Below are positions 49,621 through 62,842 of a DNA stretch of 64,000 bases, piece by piece (within the stretch, counting starts at the first letter, position 1; every line of letters starts with the position of its first letter). A program made the translations under genes and the position numbers. Below the pieces are notes generated by a model. The model worked only from the letters and a program-made list of their open reading frames with translations, was not told where the DNA came from and did not search any database. The stretch covers positions 17,484,001 to 17,548,000 of the forward strand of contig NC_043000.1 of the NCBI RefSeq assembly GCF_006345805.1, given 5' to 3'. The stretch is from Octopus sinensis (taxonomy: Eukaryota).

Positions 49621-50018
49621 GGTGCAGGAGTGGCTGTGTGGTAACTAGCTTGCTAACCAACCACATGGTTCCGGGTTCAGTCCCACTGCGTGGCATCTTG
49701 GGCAAGTGTCTTCTGCTATAGCCCCGGGCCGACCAATGCCTTGTGAGTGGATTTGGTAGACGGAAACTGAAAGAAGCCTGTCGTATATATGTATATATGC
49801 CTGTGTGTGTCTGTGTTTGTCCCTCTAGCATTGCTTGACAACCGATGCTGGTGTGTTTACGTCCCCATCACTTAGCGGTTCGGCAAAAGAGACCGATAGA
49901 ATAAGTACTGGGCTTACAAAAGAATAGGTCCCGGGGTCGATTTGCTCGACTAAAAAAAGGCGGTGCTCCAGCATGGCCGCAGTCAAATGACTGAAACAAG
50001 TAAAAGAGAAAGAGAGAG
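49621..50018 (+). mobile_element. SINE family A, full length
   Basis: Complete, CpG-retaining copy. Confidence 0.92.
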
Positions 50019-50059
50019 TATCACAAAGATTTTGATGGCTTTTTGATTTCTTTCCATAA

Positions 50060-52970
50060 CACTAGGCAACAAAATTTTTGCTACTATTAGACGAATTGAT
50101 GCTCATAGGTAATTTGGGAGAGCTGATTCTGAACCTGTAATCATTTTTGCTCTGGCACGTCATGTTTTTGTGCTATCATTATTATACTGCTATCAAAATT
50201 ATAATAATGTGAAAATTCATGACAAATAAAATGAATGTTAAACCTAAATTACTGTTATTTGGTATAAGAACAGTAGCAACTAGGTGGACAAATAGCTCTA
50301 AAACCAATAAAACACAAAACAAGAGTGTAAAGTGAATATTATTAATTCTATGTTTTTCAAAAATAGCTTTGGCATCTTCTTTTATGCTTATGTTGCATGT
50401 CCGTTTCTCATTTTAAAAACCATCAGTGGTCTATCAGCACATTTGGTGTAAGTCTGCCACTGTAGCGGCTTTCTAACTTTTTGATTTCTTGATGAAATTG
50501 TTCACCATGCTCATTGCTTACATCACCCATATTGGGTGGAGAAAAGTCAAGATGAGAGTGGAGAAAAGTCAAGATGAGAGTGGAGAAAATGAAATTTGAG
50601 AGACATTCTTGCCCAATGTTGCTTATAAGCTTTCAAAAAAATCATTCACAATTGCAACGTGGTTAGATGAATTTTTCATTTCCCAAAAATTTTTTACATG
50701 AGAAACAAACTTTTCCAAGCAGTTTTCTCTACCGGGCTTTATTTTTCTTGAAAAACTCATCACAAATTGGTGTGCGAATTTCTGGTCCATTAAAAACACC
50801 AGCTTTGGTCTTAGCTTCTCTTGCTAGAAACAAATTTTTCACTGAGATATTTGAATCTTTCACCATCTTTATTCATGGCCTTAACAAAATTCTTAAACAA
50901 GTTTAAATGTTCTGAGGATCAACTAAAGGGATATATTTAACATTGTATCTCCCTGGAGTGAAGTCACTTCTCTTTGGCCACTCTTTTTGGTCATCATGAT
51001 GCTTGTCATCTCTGCTGTTCCAAAGGCACAAAAATCACTGATGCTTTGTACATCCCATTTGCAACCCAAGAAATAAACCAATAACTTTCAAGTCCCCGCA
51101 TATATTCCACTTGTGCTCAGAATATTTAATCGAGTGCAAAATTTTATCCATTGATTCACAAGTTTCCTTTAATCCTACAGCATGTGCTAGTAGTATTGAA
51201 GGTCTTTGACTGCCATTATGCAGCAAAACAGCTTTTAGGTTTGCTTTGCTGGAATCTATGAAGAGTCTTCATTCTTCAGGATTATAGCCATACCCCATCT
51301 CACATAGGGTTCCTTCAACATTACAACAAAAGCAAATACTGTCTTTCTCCATAAAAGATTCATGCAATTCTCTATGCTGTTTTCAAAAATACAAGCATTT
51401 TACACCATCATGTAAAATATTCCATTGTTTCAACCTGGAGCCCAGTAGTTCTGACTTTTTTTTTGTTAAATCCAAGTCTCTAACTAAATCATTTAACTCA
51501 AGTTGACTTAATAAATGAGGAACTTTTTTTGAAGATCCTGGTTCATCATAGTGATCTGCTGTACCACTCAGCACACCTTCAATTGAAGTAGATGTAGTAC
51601 TTTCTTATCTTAAACTATCTTTTTTAAAAGATGAAGGAGGTTCTGGAATTGGAATATTTTCAGGAGCATGAGCAACTGGCTTTAAAGCTGAAGAGCAATC
51701 CGGATAAACAATCTTGGATTAGTTCTTCTTAGAGAAACCTGTGATGTCAGTTAAGCAGAAATAACAATCGGTATAGTGGTTTGTTGGTTTGTGCCATATC
51801 ATTGGTGCTGCAAATGGCATACTTTTCCATTTACCATTCAGCCATTGGGTTAGTGCTATGTAGCAGTTTTTGCATCAAACATGAGGTGCCCACACTTTAT
51901 CTTGGTCCCCAACTTTGCACCCAAAGCAAAGCTTGTAAGCATTTAAAAATTTCTCTATAAGTTTATTTCTCTGATCTTTTGGCATAAAGTAACAAAAGCT
52001 GTCCAGGTGATTAACACAAACTTTTATGCTCATCATAAATACATACAGTAATAACCTAACTGAACATTGAAGGAAACCTGTCAGTAAACTAAAATATAAA
52101 ATTAATCAACTGTAAATGTAACTGTAAAACATCAAAATATATTTCTCAAAAAAAAAACATTGAAATTATTATAGAATGTACTGAAGCTATGGCTATCAGG
52201 AAACAATTTTTTCCATCTCTAAATTTCAAACATTGATCACTTTAATAAATAACTAAACTTACTACTAAACTACTTTTCATATAACCTGGCTCTCTTATTT
52301 GATGAACTTTGTTTTAACAGCTCTAGCAGTTATAAAGAAAAGGGAGTCCGAGTGGCTTACTATAACCTAATATCAATAGCCCACTGTGAGGAGAACTTTA
52401 CTATAATTACAGCGATCACAAAGTAAAATAAATTCTAATCTTGTGTGGCAATTTAACAGGTAGCTTACATTTCCCTCTAAGAGCACTTATTTTTGTTTCA
52501 GTTGCCAGCCTCGCCTGGCCCCCGTGCCGGTGGCACGTAAAAAGCACCATCCGTCCGTGGCCGTTTGCCAGCTCCGTCTGGCACCTGTGCGGGTGGCATG
52601 TAAAAAGCACCCACTACACTCATGGAGTCGTTGGCGTTAGGAAGGGCATCCAGCCATAGAAACACTGCCAGATCAGACTGGGCCTGATGCAGCCTTCTGG
52701 CTTCACAGACCCCAGTTGAACTGTCCAATCCATGGTAGCATGGAAAGCGGACGCTAAATGATGATGATGATGAGTATACAAATGAAAATTGAAAGCAAAT
52801 AGCCTACTACTTTGACAATATTATCAATTGGTCATAAAATCTGATGCTGTGAATAACTAAACAATTACACATACTGTCTGAAAAATGATGTCAGATTTGG
52901 ATTCAGCACCCTAAATCAGCTAAAAAAAAGTTTAAATAGCATAACAAAATATTATTCTTGTTGCTCAGTG
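50060..52970 (-). mobile_element. Complete but decayed Chapaev3-like (CMC superfamily) DNA transposon
   Basis: TIRs CACTAGGCAACAAAA / CACTGAGCAACAAGAA and a 3-bp TSD TAA on both sides. The transposase pseudogene spans about 52036-50370: FGCKVGDQDKVWAPHV*CKNC...MPFAAPMIWHKPTNHYTDCYFC, ELNDLVRDLDLTKKKSELLGSRLKQWN, WNICGDLKVI. The Chapaev3 label is from recalled motifs. Confidence 0.75.
52500..52772 (+). mobile_element. Family E repeat nested in the Chapaev3-like element
   Basis: Typical body and (gat)n tail. Confidence 0.85.
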
Positions 52971-54134
52971 TAATTAAGGTCATTTAACCCTTTTGATACC
53001 ATATTTCTGTTGAGATGTTCTGTGTTTCTTTCAGTTAATTTTAATACATTGGCTCTCACATGTCCTGCCGGTGGGTTGTGATGGTGTGTTAGTGAGTCCT
53101 GCATGACCCACCAGTGGGTGGTTTTTTAAATTTCCTTCCTATGTGCTTTCTGAGAGTTGGTATGCTCCAATTGCTTTGATTTGTGCTTTTGCTACCCGAA
53201 GAGAATAATTTTTTATAGATTTTTATATTCTTTTTTCATTTTTCTTGTGATTTCACCATGTAATGAGGTAAATTAGAAGACTGAGTATTGAGAAAATTTT
53301 ATTTGCCATTGAAACAAAAATAACTAGTGCTTTTTGAAAAAATTGGTGGATTTTCCAATAGAAACAGAAGAGAATGAAAATGTTTTACTTGCCATGGAAA
53401 CCAAAATAGTTCTTTTTGAAAAGATTTCATGATTTTCCAATAGAAAATATCCAAAACTTTTAATTGACCACAGGTAGGTCGTGTGGTGTCTAGGATGTGA
53501 CATGAACTAAGTTATCTGGTGGGACATGAATATCTAACACTACCTATATGATCCCTGCCTCAAGTCGTTTACCTCTTTAGAATTGAAACTGGCCATATCT
53601 GCTCCCAATATCCTACATGTTTTATGTCAAAACTGGCTAGATCAGATCTCTCACACCTGCCCTATAATGTCGTTCTAAAAATAAACAAGCACATCATCAA
53701 AATCTCAAAGCTATGAGATAATGCAATGCGTGATTAATTAATTAATTGATTCAAAGCAATGTGAATAAATAAGCATTACATTTGACAGAGCTGTTGTCAT
53801 GCTAAAGGATTAAGGCATGACAATTAAACTTACTTCATTATATTTTAAATATTTTGATTATGTCTTCTGTTTCCTTCCATAATTAAGACAGCTGAATGTG
53901 TAACACTTGAACACATTGGGACAAGCGGGGAAAATATTACAGATAATATTAGTCATTAGCTAATATTGTTTTTACCTCACTGCATAATTATTTCTACTTA
54001 GCTTTTTGCGGGCCATTGCTTTTAATATGTTATTAACTTAGCAATTGATTTTTCATACAAATGGTGCCACTGAGTAATATCCTTCATTAATTTGTAACAT
54101 GTTTATATGACAGTCAGTATCCAGAATGTGTGTG

Positions 54135-54340
<206 letters not shown>

Positions 54341-54789
54341 TCTGATGGTGTAAATTTGATAATTAGTATTTGAATGAAACACACCAGAGAATATAATTTG
54401 AATGAAATCCATTTAATTGTATATAACTCTAAATTGTTTTAGAGAGAGGCTAGAAATATATTCCTGTCTGTGTTTGTTTTTATTTACTTGTCTAGTAATG
54501 AAATTTTACAGGAAGGTATTCATTCAAGAAATGTGTTGTCCTTCACTACTAGATATCTTGTTCAACTGCATAACGAAGCTCCTTCATTGAACTGGGAGCC
54601 ATTATAAATAGTTCTGAACACGTGACCATTGGGCTGAGTCACATAACACAGCAAATGTGTAAAATACGCAAGCTATAACAACTCAACTGTCATAGCTCAC
54701 TTCTTTTCACATTGCATTTAACTGCTGGTATATCATATTTTTAAACACTTGCTGCTTTGGCATGGACTTTTTTTTTAAACACATCTCGA

Positions 54790-54975
54790 GATGTGGAAGC
54801 CAGCTGCACTTGTTTCAGAAGCCAGCTGCACTTGTAGAATCTAGCTCCACTTGCTGTAGAATACAGCTTCACTTGTTGTAGAAGCCAATTACAATTGTAG
54901 AAACCAGTTGCACTTGATATAGAAGCTAGATGCACCTGTAGAAGTCAGCTGCTCTTGTAGAAACCAGTTACTCTT
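54790..54975 (+). repeat. Degenerate minisatellite, roughly 19-bp unit (TAGAAGCCAGCTGCACTTG)
   Basis: About 8-9 diverged head-to-tail units. Confidence 0.8.
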
Positions 54976-55130
54976 GTTGTATCTCATGATAATAGCATCT
55001 AGCTTCTCCGTACTCCATTGCTCCAAAAGCCACTGAAATATCACAAAAAGAATGATGACTTCGTTTCCTCACAGAATGATGTCACTAAATGATTGATTTT
55101 TTTCCAAATTTCTGCATATAAGAATTTACT

Positions 55131-55445
55131 GGAGGTGCAATGGCCCAGTAGTTAGGGCAGCGAACTCATGGTCAGAGGATCGTGGTTTCAATTCCCAGAC
55201 TGGGTGTTGTGTGTGTTTATTGAGCGAAAACACCTAAAAGCTCCATGAGGCTCCGGCAGGGGGTGGTGGCGACCCCTGTTGTACTCTTTTGCCCCAACTT
55301 TCTCTCACTCTCTCTTCCTGTTTCTTGGATAATGCTGCGATGGACTGGCATCTCGTCCAGCTGGGGTGGGGAACTCATACACCACAGAAACCGGGAAACC
55401 GGGCCCATGAGCCTGGCTAGGCTTGAAAAGGGCGAACAAAAAAAA
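55131..55445 (+). mobile_element. SINE family C head with tail type 3 (V-domain-like block)
   Basis: 11-bp TSD aagaatttact (55120-55130 / 55446-55456); the tail contains gcgatggactggcatctcgtccag and ends in poly(A). Confidence 0.88.
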
Positions 55446-55789
55446 AAGAATTTACTAAGAGAAATAATTCTAAGCACAGACATGGCTGTGTGGTCAAGCA
55501 GTTTATTTCCAAACTCTGCAGCTTGATTTCAGTCCCATTGTGTGACAGCTTAGGCATGTGTCTTCTACTATAGCCCTGAGCTAATTGAACCCATGTAAAT
55601 GGATTTCTTTTGGCTTTTATTTTTGTGGGATTCAGCCAGTATACAGAAAAAGCACACTGATTGTGTGGAAGTTTTTTTTGTGTGTTCTTTCATTGATATG
55701 TCTGTCTGCATATGTGTATGCATGTATGTATGTAAGAGTGTGTGTGGATGCATACATATATGCATGTGTGTCTGTAAGAATGCATGTGC

Positions 55790-56022
55790 GGGGAGCGAGC
55801 TGGCAGAAATGTTATCACACCAGGTGAAATGCTTCCCAGTATTTTGTCTGCCACTACTTTCTGAGTTCAAATTCTGCTGAGGTTGAATTAGCCTTTCATC
55901 CTTTCAGGGTTGATTAAATAAGTACCAGTTATGCACTGGGGTCGATGTAATTGACTTAATCCCTTTGCCTGTCCTTGTTTGTCCCCTCTATGTTTAGCCC
56001 CTTGTGGGCAATAAAGAAAAAA
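55790..56022 (+). mobile_element. SINE family B
   Basis: Homology to the other family B copies. Confidence 0.88.
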
Positions 56023-56088
56023 GAATGCATGTGTGGGTTTTAAGAGTAAATTATTGTGTGTGTGTGTGTGTGTGGTGTGTGTAGTAAA

Positions 56089-56408
56089 GGTGCGTGGCTT
56101 AGTGGTTAGGGTATTTGGCTTGCAATTGTAAGGTCATGAGTTTGATTCCCTGGAGCACATTGTGTCCTTGAGCAAGAAACTCTATTTCATGTTGCTCCAG
56201 TCCACTCAGCTGGTGAAAATGAGTAGTATCTGTATTTCAAAGGGCCAGCCTTGTCACACTTTGTGTCATGCTCAATATCCCTGAGAACTACATTAAGGGT
56301 ACATGTATCTGCAGAGTGCTCAGTCACTTACACATTAATTTCCATGGGCTGGTTGTTCCACTGATTGGATCAACTGGAACCTTCATCATCGTAACCGGTG
56401 GAGTGCCA
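56089..56408 (+). mobile_element. SINE family D (tRNA head, CORE-like domain, tail type 1)
   Basis: gtgtccttgagcaag...cagctggtgaaaatgag resembles the CORE domain; the 3' ~180 bp are shared with family C tail 1. Confidence 0.85.
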
Positions 56409-56466
56409 GTTTGTGTGTGTGTGTGATCAAAGGCATAACCAAGTATATGATTAAGAAGTTTGTTCC

Positions 56467-56750
56467 TGTGGGATGACGTCAGCAGCTAGGGAGCTGACTG
56501 GAACTTGGGGCTGACCAGAAGCGGAAGGGCACAGGAGTGATGCGTGCACAGGCAGGGGAGTATTGGGCCTTTTTGATCGGGGTAGCCGACAGGGCTGGAC
56601 GTGTGAGCGCTTCGACAAGGTAAGGAAAAAGCAGCTGCTATTTTTAACATTCAGGTCGGGCCACCTGGAAGGGTGCGTTACCACCGGAGAGGTCTGTGTT
56701 GATGAAGAGGAGGTATGTATTTTTACTTCAAATCTCCTGCATACACCACA
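56467..56750. mobile_element. Probable solo LTR (284 bp) inserted into a family A SINE head
   Basis: TGTGG...CCACA termini; 5-bp TSD gttcc / gctcc (one mismatch); host SINE sequence resumes colinearly after it; GC-rich relative to the flanks. No clear AATAAA seen. Confidence 0.6.
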
Positions 56751-57102
56751 GCTCCATAACCATAAAGTCTCAAGTTTGATTCTAAAGCATGCCATTATGG
56801 GCAAGTGTCCTTTACCATAACTACTTCCTCGCCTCCTGCCGTCACTCCAAGCCTTGAGCAGGTAACTAAGTCAATGGAAACTTTATGTAAACTAATCAGA
56901 TGAACTGTGCCATTAATTCATTGAACAGCCTCATCACACCCCTTATGACTTTGTCCGAGGATTATGTTGACATTATACATGTCTGTGGAATACTCAACCA
57001 TTTAAATACAAATACAGTAAGTAGATCATTTAGTTGATCAAAATTCTGTAATAGACACCATCAAAACTGATTGAGGTCTGTTTAACTTATATATGTCTTT
57101 GA

Positions 57103-57486
57103 GTGTAGGTGCAATGGCCCAGTGGTTAGGGCAGCGGACTCGCGGTCATAGGATCGTGGTTTCGATTCCCAGACCGGGCGTTGTGAGTGTTTATTGAGCG
57201 AAAACACCTAAAGCTCCACGAGGCTCCGGCAGGGGATGGTGGTGATCCCTGCTGTACTCTTTCACCACAACTTTCTCTCACTCTTACTTCCTGTTTCTGT
57301 TGTACCTGTATTTCAAAGGGCCGGCCTTGTCACTCTCTGTGTCATGCTGAATATCCCCGAGAACTACGTTAAGGGTACACGTGTCTGTGGAGTGCTCGGC
57401 CACTTACACGTTAATTTCACGAGCAGGCTGTTCCGTTGATTCTGATCAACCGGAACCCTCGTCGTCGTAACCAATGGAGTGCCTCC
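57103..57486 (+). mobile_element. SINE family C head with tail type 1
   Basis: 12-bp TSD atatgtctttga (57091-57102 / 57487-57498); near-identical to 36638-37012. Confidence 0.92.
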
Positions 57487-57489
57487 ATA

Positions 57490-58630
57490 TGTCTTTGAAA
57501 AAATGCATGTGTAAGTGTGTCATTAAAAGTATATGTGTGTTTATAAGAGTTCTCCTATATATGTGTAAGAATAAATGTGTATATGTACCTGTGTGTGTAT
57601 ATGTGTTAATGTGTATACAAGCATGTATCAGTTTATTAGTGCCAGAATATGTGTGTAGGCATGTGTATATGTATATGTAAGTATATGTAAGTGTGTAAGA
57701 GTACAGGTATGTAGGTATGTTTGCTAGAGAATTTGTATGTGGGATTATGTGTGTGTGTGTATTTATATGTATCTGTTTATGTGTGTTTCTGAGTACGTGT
57801 AATAGTATTTGTACAAGTGCATATGTGATGGTATGCCAGAATGTGTATCTATTAGTGTGTGTATGTATAAGTGTGAATGCGTGTCTGAGTATGTGTAAGA
57901 ATGTATCTCTTGTATATGTATAAGAGTGTGTGTGTATGCTTGGGAGTATGTCTCTCTCTCTATGTGTGTGTTTGTGTGTGTATGAACAAGTAAGTGTGTC
58001 TAGGGCTGTTTATAAATGTGACTGCCTATATGTATACGTGTGTTTCTAAATATGTGTGTACGTGAGTTTGTATGTGTTTGTGTGTGTGTGTGTGTGTTTG
58101 TGTGTGTATGAACAAGTAAATGTGTCTAGGGCTGTTTATAAATGTGACTACCTATATGTATACGTGTGTTTCTAAATATGTGTGTGTGTGAGAGTGTATG
58201 TGTTTGTGTGTGTGTGTGTGTGTGTGTTGTGTGTGTATGAACAAGTAAATGTGTCTAGGGCTGTTTATAAATGTGACTGCCTATATGTATACGTGTGTTT
58301 CTGAATATGTGTGTGAGTGTATGTGTGTGTGTGTATGTGTTTGTGTGTGTGTGTGTATGTGTGTATGTGTGTGTGTGTTTGTGTGTGTGTGTATGCACAT
58401 TATAGGTATATTTGTGTATGTGTATATATGATGGAGTGCTTGAAAAATGTACATTTATATATGTATGTGTGTATGTGTGTGCATGCACATGGAAGCATGT
58501 CTCTGTCTATGAATGGTATCTGTATGTGGGCAGGAAAGTGTGTAGGTGCTTCTGTGCATACATGTGATACATGTATTGTATGTGTGAATGTGGTCAGGTA
58601 TGTGTGTCTGTGTAAACTGTGTTAAGTACA
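57490..58630 (+). repeat. Cryptic (GT/AT)-rich region containing three tandem units of about 125-130 bp (about 57970-58315)
   Basis: tatgaacaagtaa(a/g)tgtgtctagggctgtttataaatgtgact... occurs three times. Confidence 0.85.
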
Positions 58631-59101
58631 GACAGAAGATGAGGTGAAACAGGTCTGTATATAACAATCTAGGAGACTCTAGTCACTTTAAATTAGTCAC
58701 TCATAATTAGTAGAATCTATTTTAAAATTGTTTTGTCTGTTTGCTTCTGTCCCTCTTTCAATTTGTCTTTGTTTCTTTTTTTGTTGTTGTTGTTGTTGCA
58801 TATAGTCACAACATTTTATGCAATATGGAGGATGGTAGCAGTGATTAGAGGTGGGTGGGAATACACTTCCTTCTTTTATCATCAATGACACTCACCACCA
58901 TTACCAGCAAAACCAACATACCGCACCACCGGTAACAACAACAAAAAAGTAAGTCAAAGTGTAGCACCTCTAAGTGGTCATCCAACCTGCAAGAAATAGT
59001 AGTGCAATTTCCCTCAAATCTCTACCCACTGTTTTAAGCAAAGAAGGACACATTGGACAATGTTGTTGTAGTTATACTATGACTGAAAATAAGAGGGGAT
59101 T

Positions 59102-59138
<37 letters not shown>

Positions 59139-59246
59139 ACATATATAGGTATGTATATATATATGTATATATATATATTTGTATTTATATGTATATATAT
59201 ACATATACATATATATATATGTGTATATATATATATATTAATCAAA

Positions 59247-59616
59247 ATAAAAACATGATGCCAAGGATTCAGTGGTACATATGTTTCGGGCCTTTATTAG
59301 ACGGATTTATAACAATGCATAATGTGTGTCTATGGCCTTCTTCAGCCACGCACAATTACTACTTCAAGGACATGTATTCTACATCGAGTGAGAGACGAGA
59401 TGGACGCTTTGCTTTTGTGCTGGTGCCCTACCCTGTCGTACGCGACTGTGAAGATTTGCATCCCCAACGTAAAACTTATAATATAATACATGTCCTTGAA
59501 GTAGTAATTGTGCGCAGCTGAAGAAGGCCATAGACACACATTATGCATTGTTATAAATCCGTCTAATAAAGGCCCGAAACATATGTACCGCTGAATCCTT
59601 GGCATCATATTTTTAT
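59247..59616. mobile_element. Near-perfect approximately 130-bp inverted repeat, each arm carrying a minimal hammerhead motif (Penelope pLTR-like)
   Basis: Arms 59247-59378 / 59485-59616; motifs at 59349-59272 (minus) and 59514-59591 (plus); 106-bp CpG-rich spacer. Confidence 0.75.
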
Positions 59617-59756
59617 GATGCCACTAAATGGTATATACCACTAAATGGTATATACAGGTGCTTACAATTATCAAGTATTCACCCTGAATTTTTGTATATA
59701 TATATATATATGTATGTATATATTTATATGTGTGTATATATATATGTATATATATA

Positions 59757-59801
<45 letters not shown>

Positions 59802-60091
59802 TATAAATAAATAAATAAATGGAGTTAAACATGTGTTATTCAAATTCTTTTACTTCCGACATTTGTTTCAAAGACAACATTGATATTATTCCAAAGGAAT
59901 AAAATGGTGTAAAACAATGTAATCTTCTCATCAGGCAAAGAAAGAAAAAAAAAAACCCAACATATCAAATTTGACCGCAATCGGATGGAGGATGCCCGAG
60001 ATCCTAGAAGCCACACACATACACAGACAGAACAGATTTTATATAAGGGATATGTATATACATACATATATACATATACATATATACATGC

Positions 60092-60147
<56 letters not shown>

Positions 60148-60305
60148 TATATATATACACACACATACATATATATATACATATATATGTACATATGTAT
60201 ATATATGTATATATGTATATATATGTATATATGTATATATATATGTATATATATAAGTATATATGTATATGTATGTATGTATATATAGAAAGAAATGTAT
60301 GTATC

Positions 60306-60612
60306 TATGGCTCAGTGGTTATGGCATTTGGTTCACGATTGTAAGGTCGTGAGTTCAATTCCCGGCAATGCGTTGTGTCCTTGAGCAAGACACTTTATTT
60401 CATGTTGCTCCAATCCACTCAGCTGGCAAAAATGAGTTGTACCTGTATTTCAAGGGCCAGCCTTGTCACACTTTGTCTTACGCTGAATCTCCCTCAATAT
60501 TAGGGTTACACATGTCTGTGGATTATTCAGTCACTTGCACGTTAATTTCACGAGCAAGCTGTTCTGTTGATTGTATCAGCCGGGACCCTTGTCGTCATAA
60601 CCAGCGGAGTTT
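60306..60612 (+). mobile_element. SINE family D
   Basis: Homologous to 56089-56408; A box tggctcagtgg, B box gagttcaattcc. Confidence 0.85.
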
Positions 60613-60789
60613 TCCTACACATATACATATAGATATACATATATATATATATACATATATATATACATATATATGTATATATATATGTATATATATATGT
60701 ATATATATATGTATATAAATACATATATATATATAGATATACATATATACACATATACATATATATACACAAATATATATATATACATA

Positions 60790-61710
60790 TGTATATTCAA
60801 CACTTTGTATCATATTGAAGTCATTTTGACATTTGCTACTTTGAGAAAAGTAAAAAGTTAAGTCCTTTAAAAAGCACTCGAGATACGAAGGTAACACCTT
60901 CACTGCTTAACTTGAACAAAGTGCAAACGAAAGGCAAACATAGCCTATTTTAAATAGTCAGAATATGATTTCTCAATAACTTTTGAAACCCGCTCTTGTT
61001 ACCCATCGTTGTTGAGCAATTATCGCTGGCAAATCCAAGTATGTTGTTCATAGATACATCTTCTTTTGTAAGCGTAGATTTGACAGCATCATACAAACCC
61101 TGAGATGAACCATTTTCAACTACAATTGCATCCAGAAGAGCATCCTTGACATTAAGCGATTGTTCATCAAAAAAATGAATAATTATTACTAAGAATTGTG
61201 TCACTGAGATGTCCATATTCTCATTTATCAATAATGAAAACTTTTGTTTCTTGAGAATTCTCTCTTGCATATTGTACGTTAATTTAAAATTTTTACATTT
61301 GTAAATTTTTAGATATCTCACTATTGGCAAAGGCCTTTTTACAAATTTCAGCTAAGTGATTTATATGGACGAAAGGTATGTGATTTTCAGCAACATAACC
61401 TGTTAGTAACAAGTCTGCCTTAGCTACTTTTTCATTTAATGTATCATCTGTTTTTTTTTAACAAGAAATGAATCTAATTTAATAGCAGATTTCACACAAT
61501 CAAAAGCTTTCTTATTTTTGGCAGTGTTTTTATGAGCTAACAGCATTGATTTATTAGCATTTTTCAACACAACGTTGCTATAAACTCAGTAGCAGGTGTC
61601 AGGATTTTTATCATCTTGACGTAACCAATGTGTATGTTCAGCATCCCCTAACCACGATTTCTTGAAATTTTTGGTGTACTACTTCCTCTCTTTGGACACA
61701 CTAATATCTG
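60790..61710 (-). pseudogene. hAT-superfamily transposase remnant
   Basis: FSLLINENMDISVTQFL...LLDAIVVE...LYDAVK...NILGFASDNCSTTMGNKSGFQ, then [25 protein letters not shown]; frameshifted. Confidence 0.8.
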
Positions 61711-61981
61711 CCGTTACTTCGCAAAGGGTTACAAAACAAAAACACACACTCAAAATGTTGTTAAACAAATTTTAAGTCACAAGTAACAATCGAAGTGTAC
61801 ACCATCAACACAGCCAAGTTGTCAACTGGTGGTGTCAGAGTTTCAGACAAGTGTCCAAGCAGCCACCAATGTGGTGTAACTTGTTGTTGCCTGGTATGAT
61901 GCAAGTATAAACAAATAATGAATGCATACATTTGGTAATTACGTCACATACAATATTTGTATTGATAAATTCATTAGTGAG

Positions 61982-62270
61982 ATCATCATCATCATCATCA
62001 TCATCATCGTTTAGCATCCGTTTTCCATGCTAGCATGGGTTGGACGGTTCAACTAGAGTCTGTGAAGCCGGAAGGCTGCATCAGGCCCAGTCAGATCTGG
62101 CAGTGTTTCTACGGCTGGATGCCCTTCCTAACGCCTACCACTCCGTGAGTGTAGTGGGTACTTTTTATGTGCCACCTGCACAGGTGCCAGACGGGGCTGG
62201 CAAACGGCCACGAACGGATGGTGCTTTTACGTGCCACTGGCACGGGGGCCAGGTGAGGCTGGCAAGAGAT
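61982..62270 (-). mobile_element. Family E (RTE 3'-tail) repeat
   Basis: Near-identical to 19638-19935. Confidence 0.88.
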
Positions 62271-62842
62271 GATTATGGATAATAGAAAGAGATGATTATG
62301 GATAATAGAAAGAAAGTTTACAAAGTATTAGAAGAGGTGAAACTTTGGTACATATTGCATACAAAGAGTATGACACCGAATTCTCTTTAAAAGATAAGTT
62401 TGCAGCTAAAACTAACTTAAAAACCCAGGTTTAATATAAATTTGGAAATTAAAACCCATAAACCCATCATTTCTCCAAAAAACCCAGATTTGGGTGGAAA
62501 AACCAATCAGTGGCATCCCTGTTCATAGTATATATAAATTAGTAAAATGTAAAATATGTATTTATACATAAAAATAGGGGTGGGGGTACTGAGGGTATTA
62601 CTTGCCATGAGGTGGGGCAGTGGCTCAAAAAGTTTGAGAACCTCTGATCTATGATCATCCCAACATGCAGATCAATGAATAAAATAAATACATTTTAAAA
62701 AACTTGAGGAAGCCCATTAGAACCATTACTACCAAGAAATAGAATTAATGTTCGTAGAACTCAACTATACCTGAATTGCTCTTATTGGATACTACACTAC
62801 ATAGTCATCAAAATAATTAAGAAATTAAACAAAGAAATAACA

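Noticed and set aside
54790-54975. CRISPR-like regular repeats (also considered for 23741-24115 and 57970-58315)
   Set aside because: Head-to-tail units without unique spacers, eukaryotic context, no cas genes.
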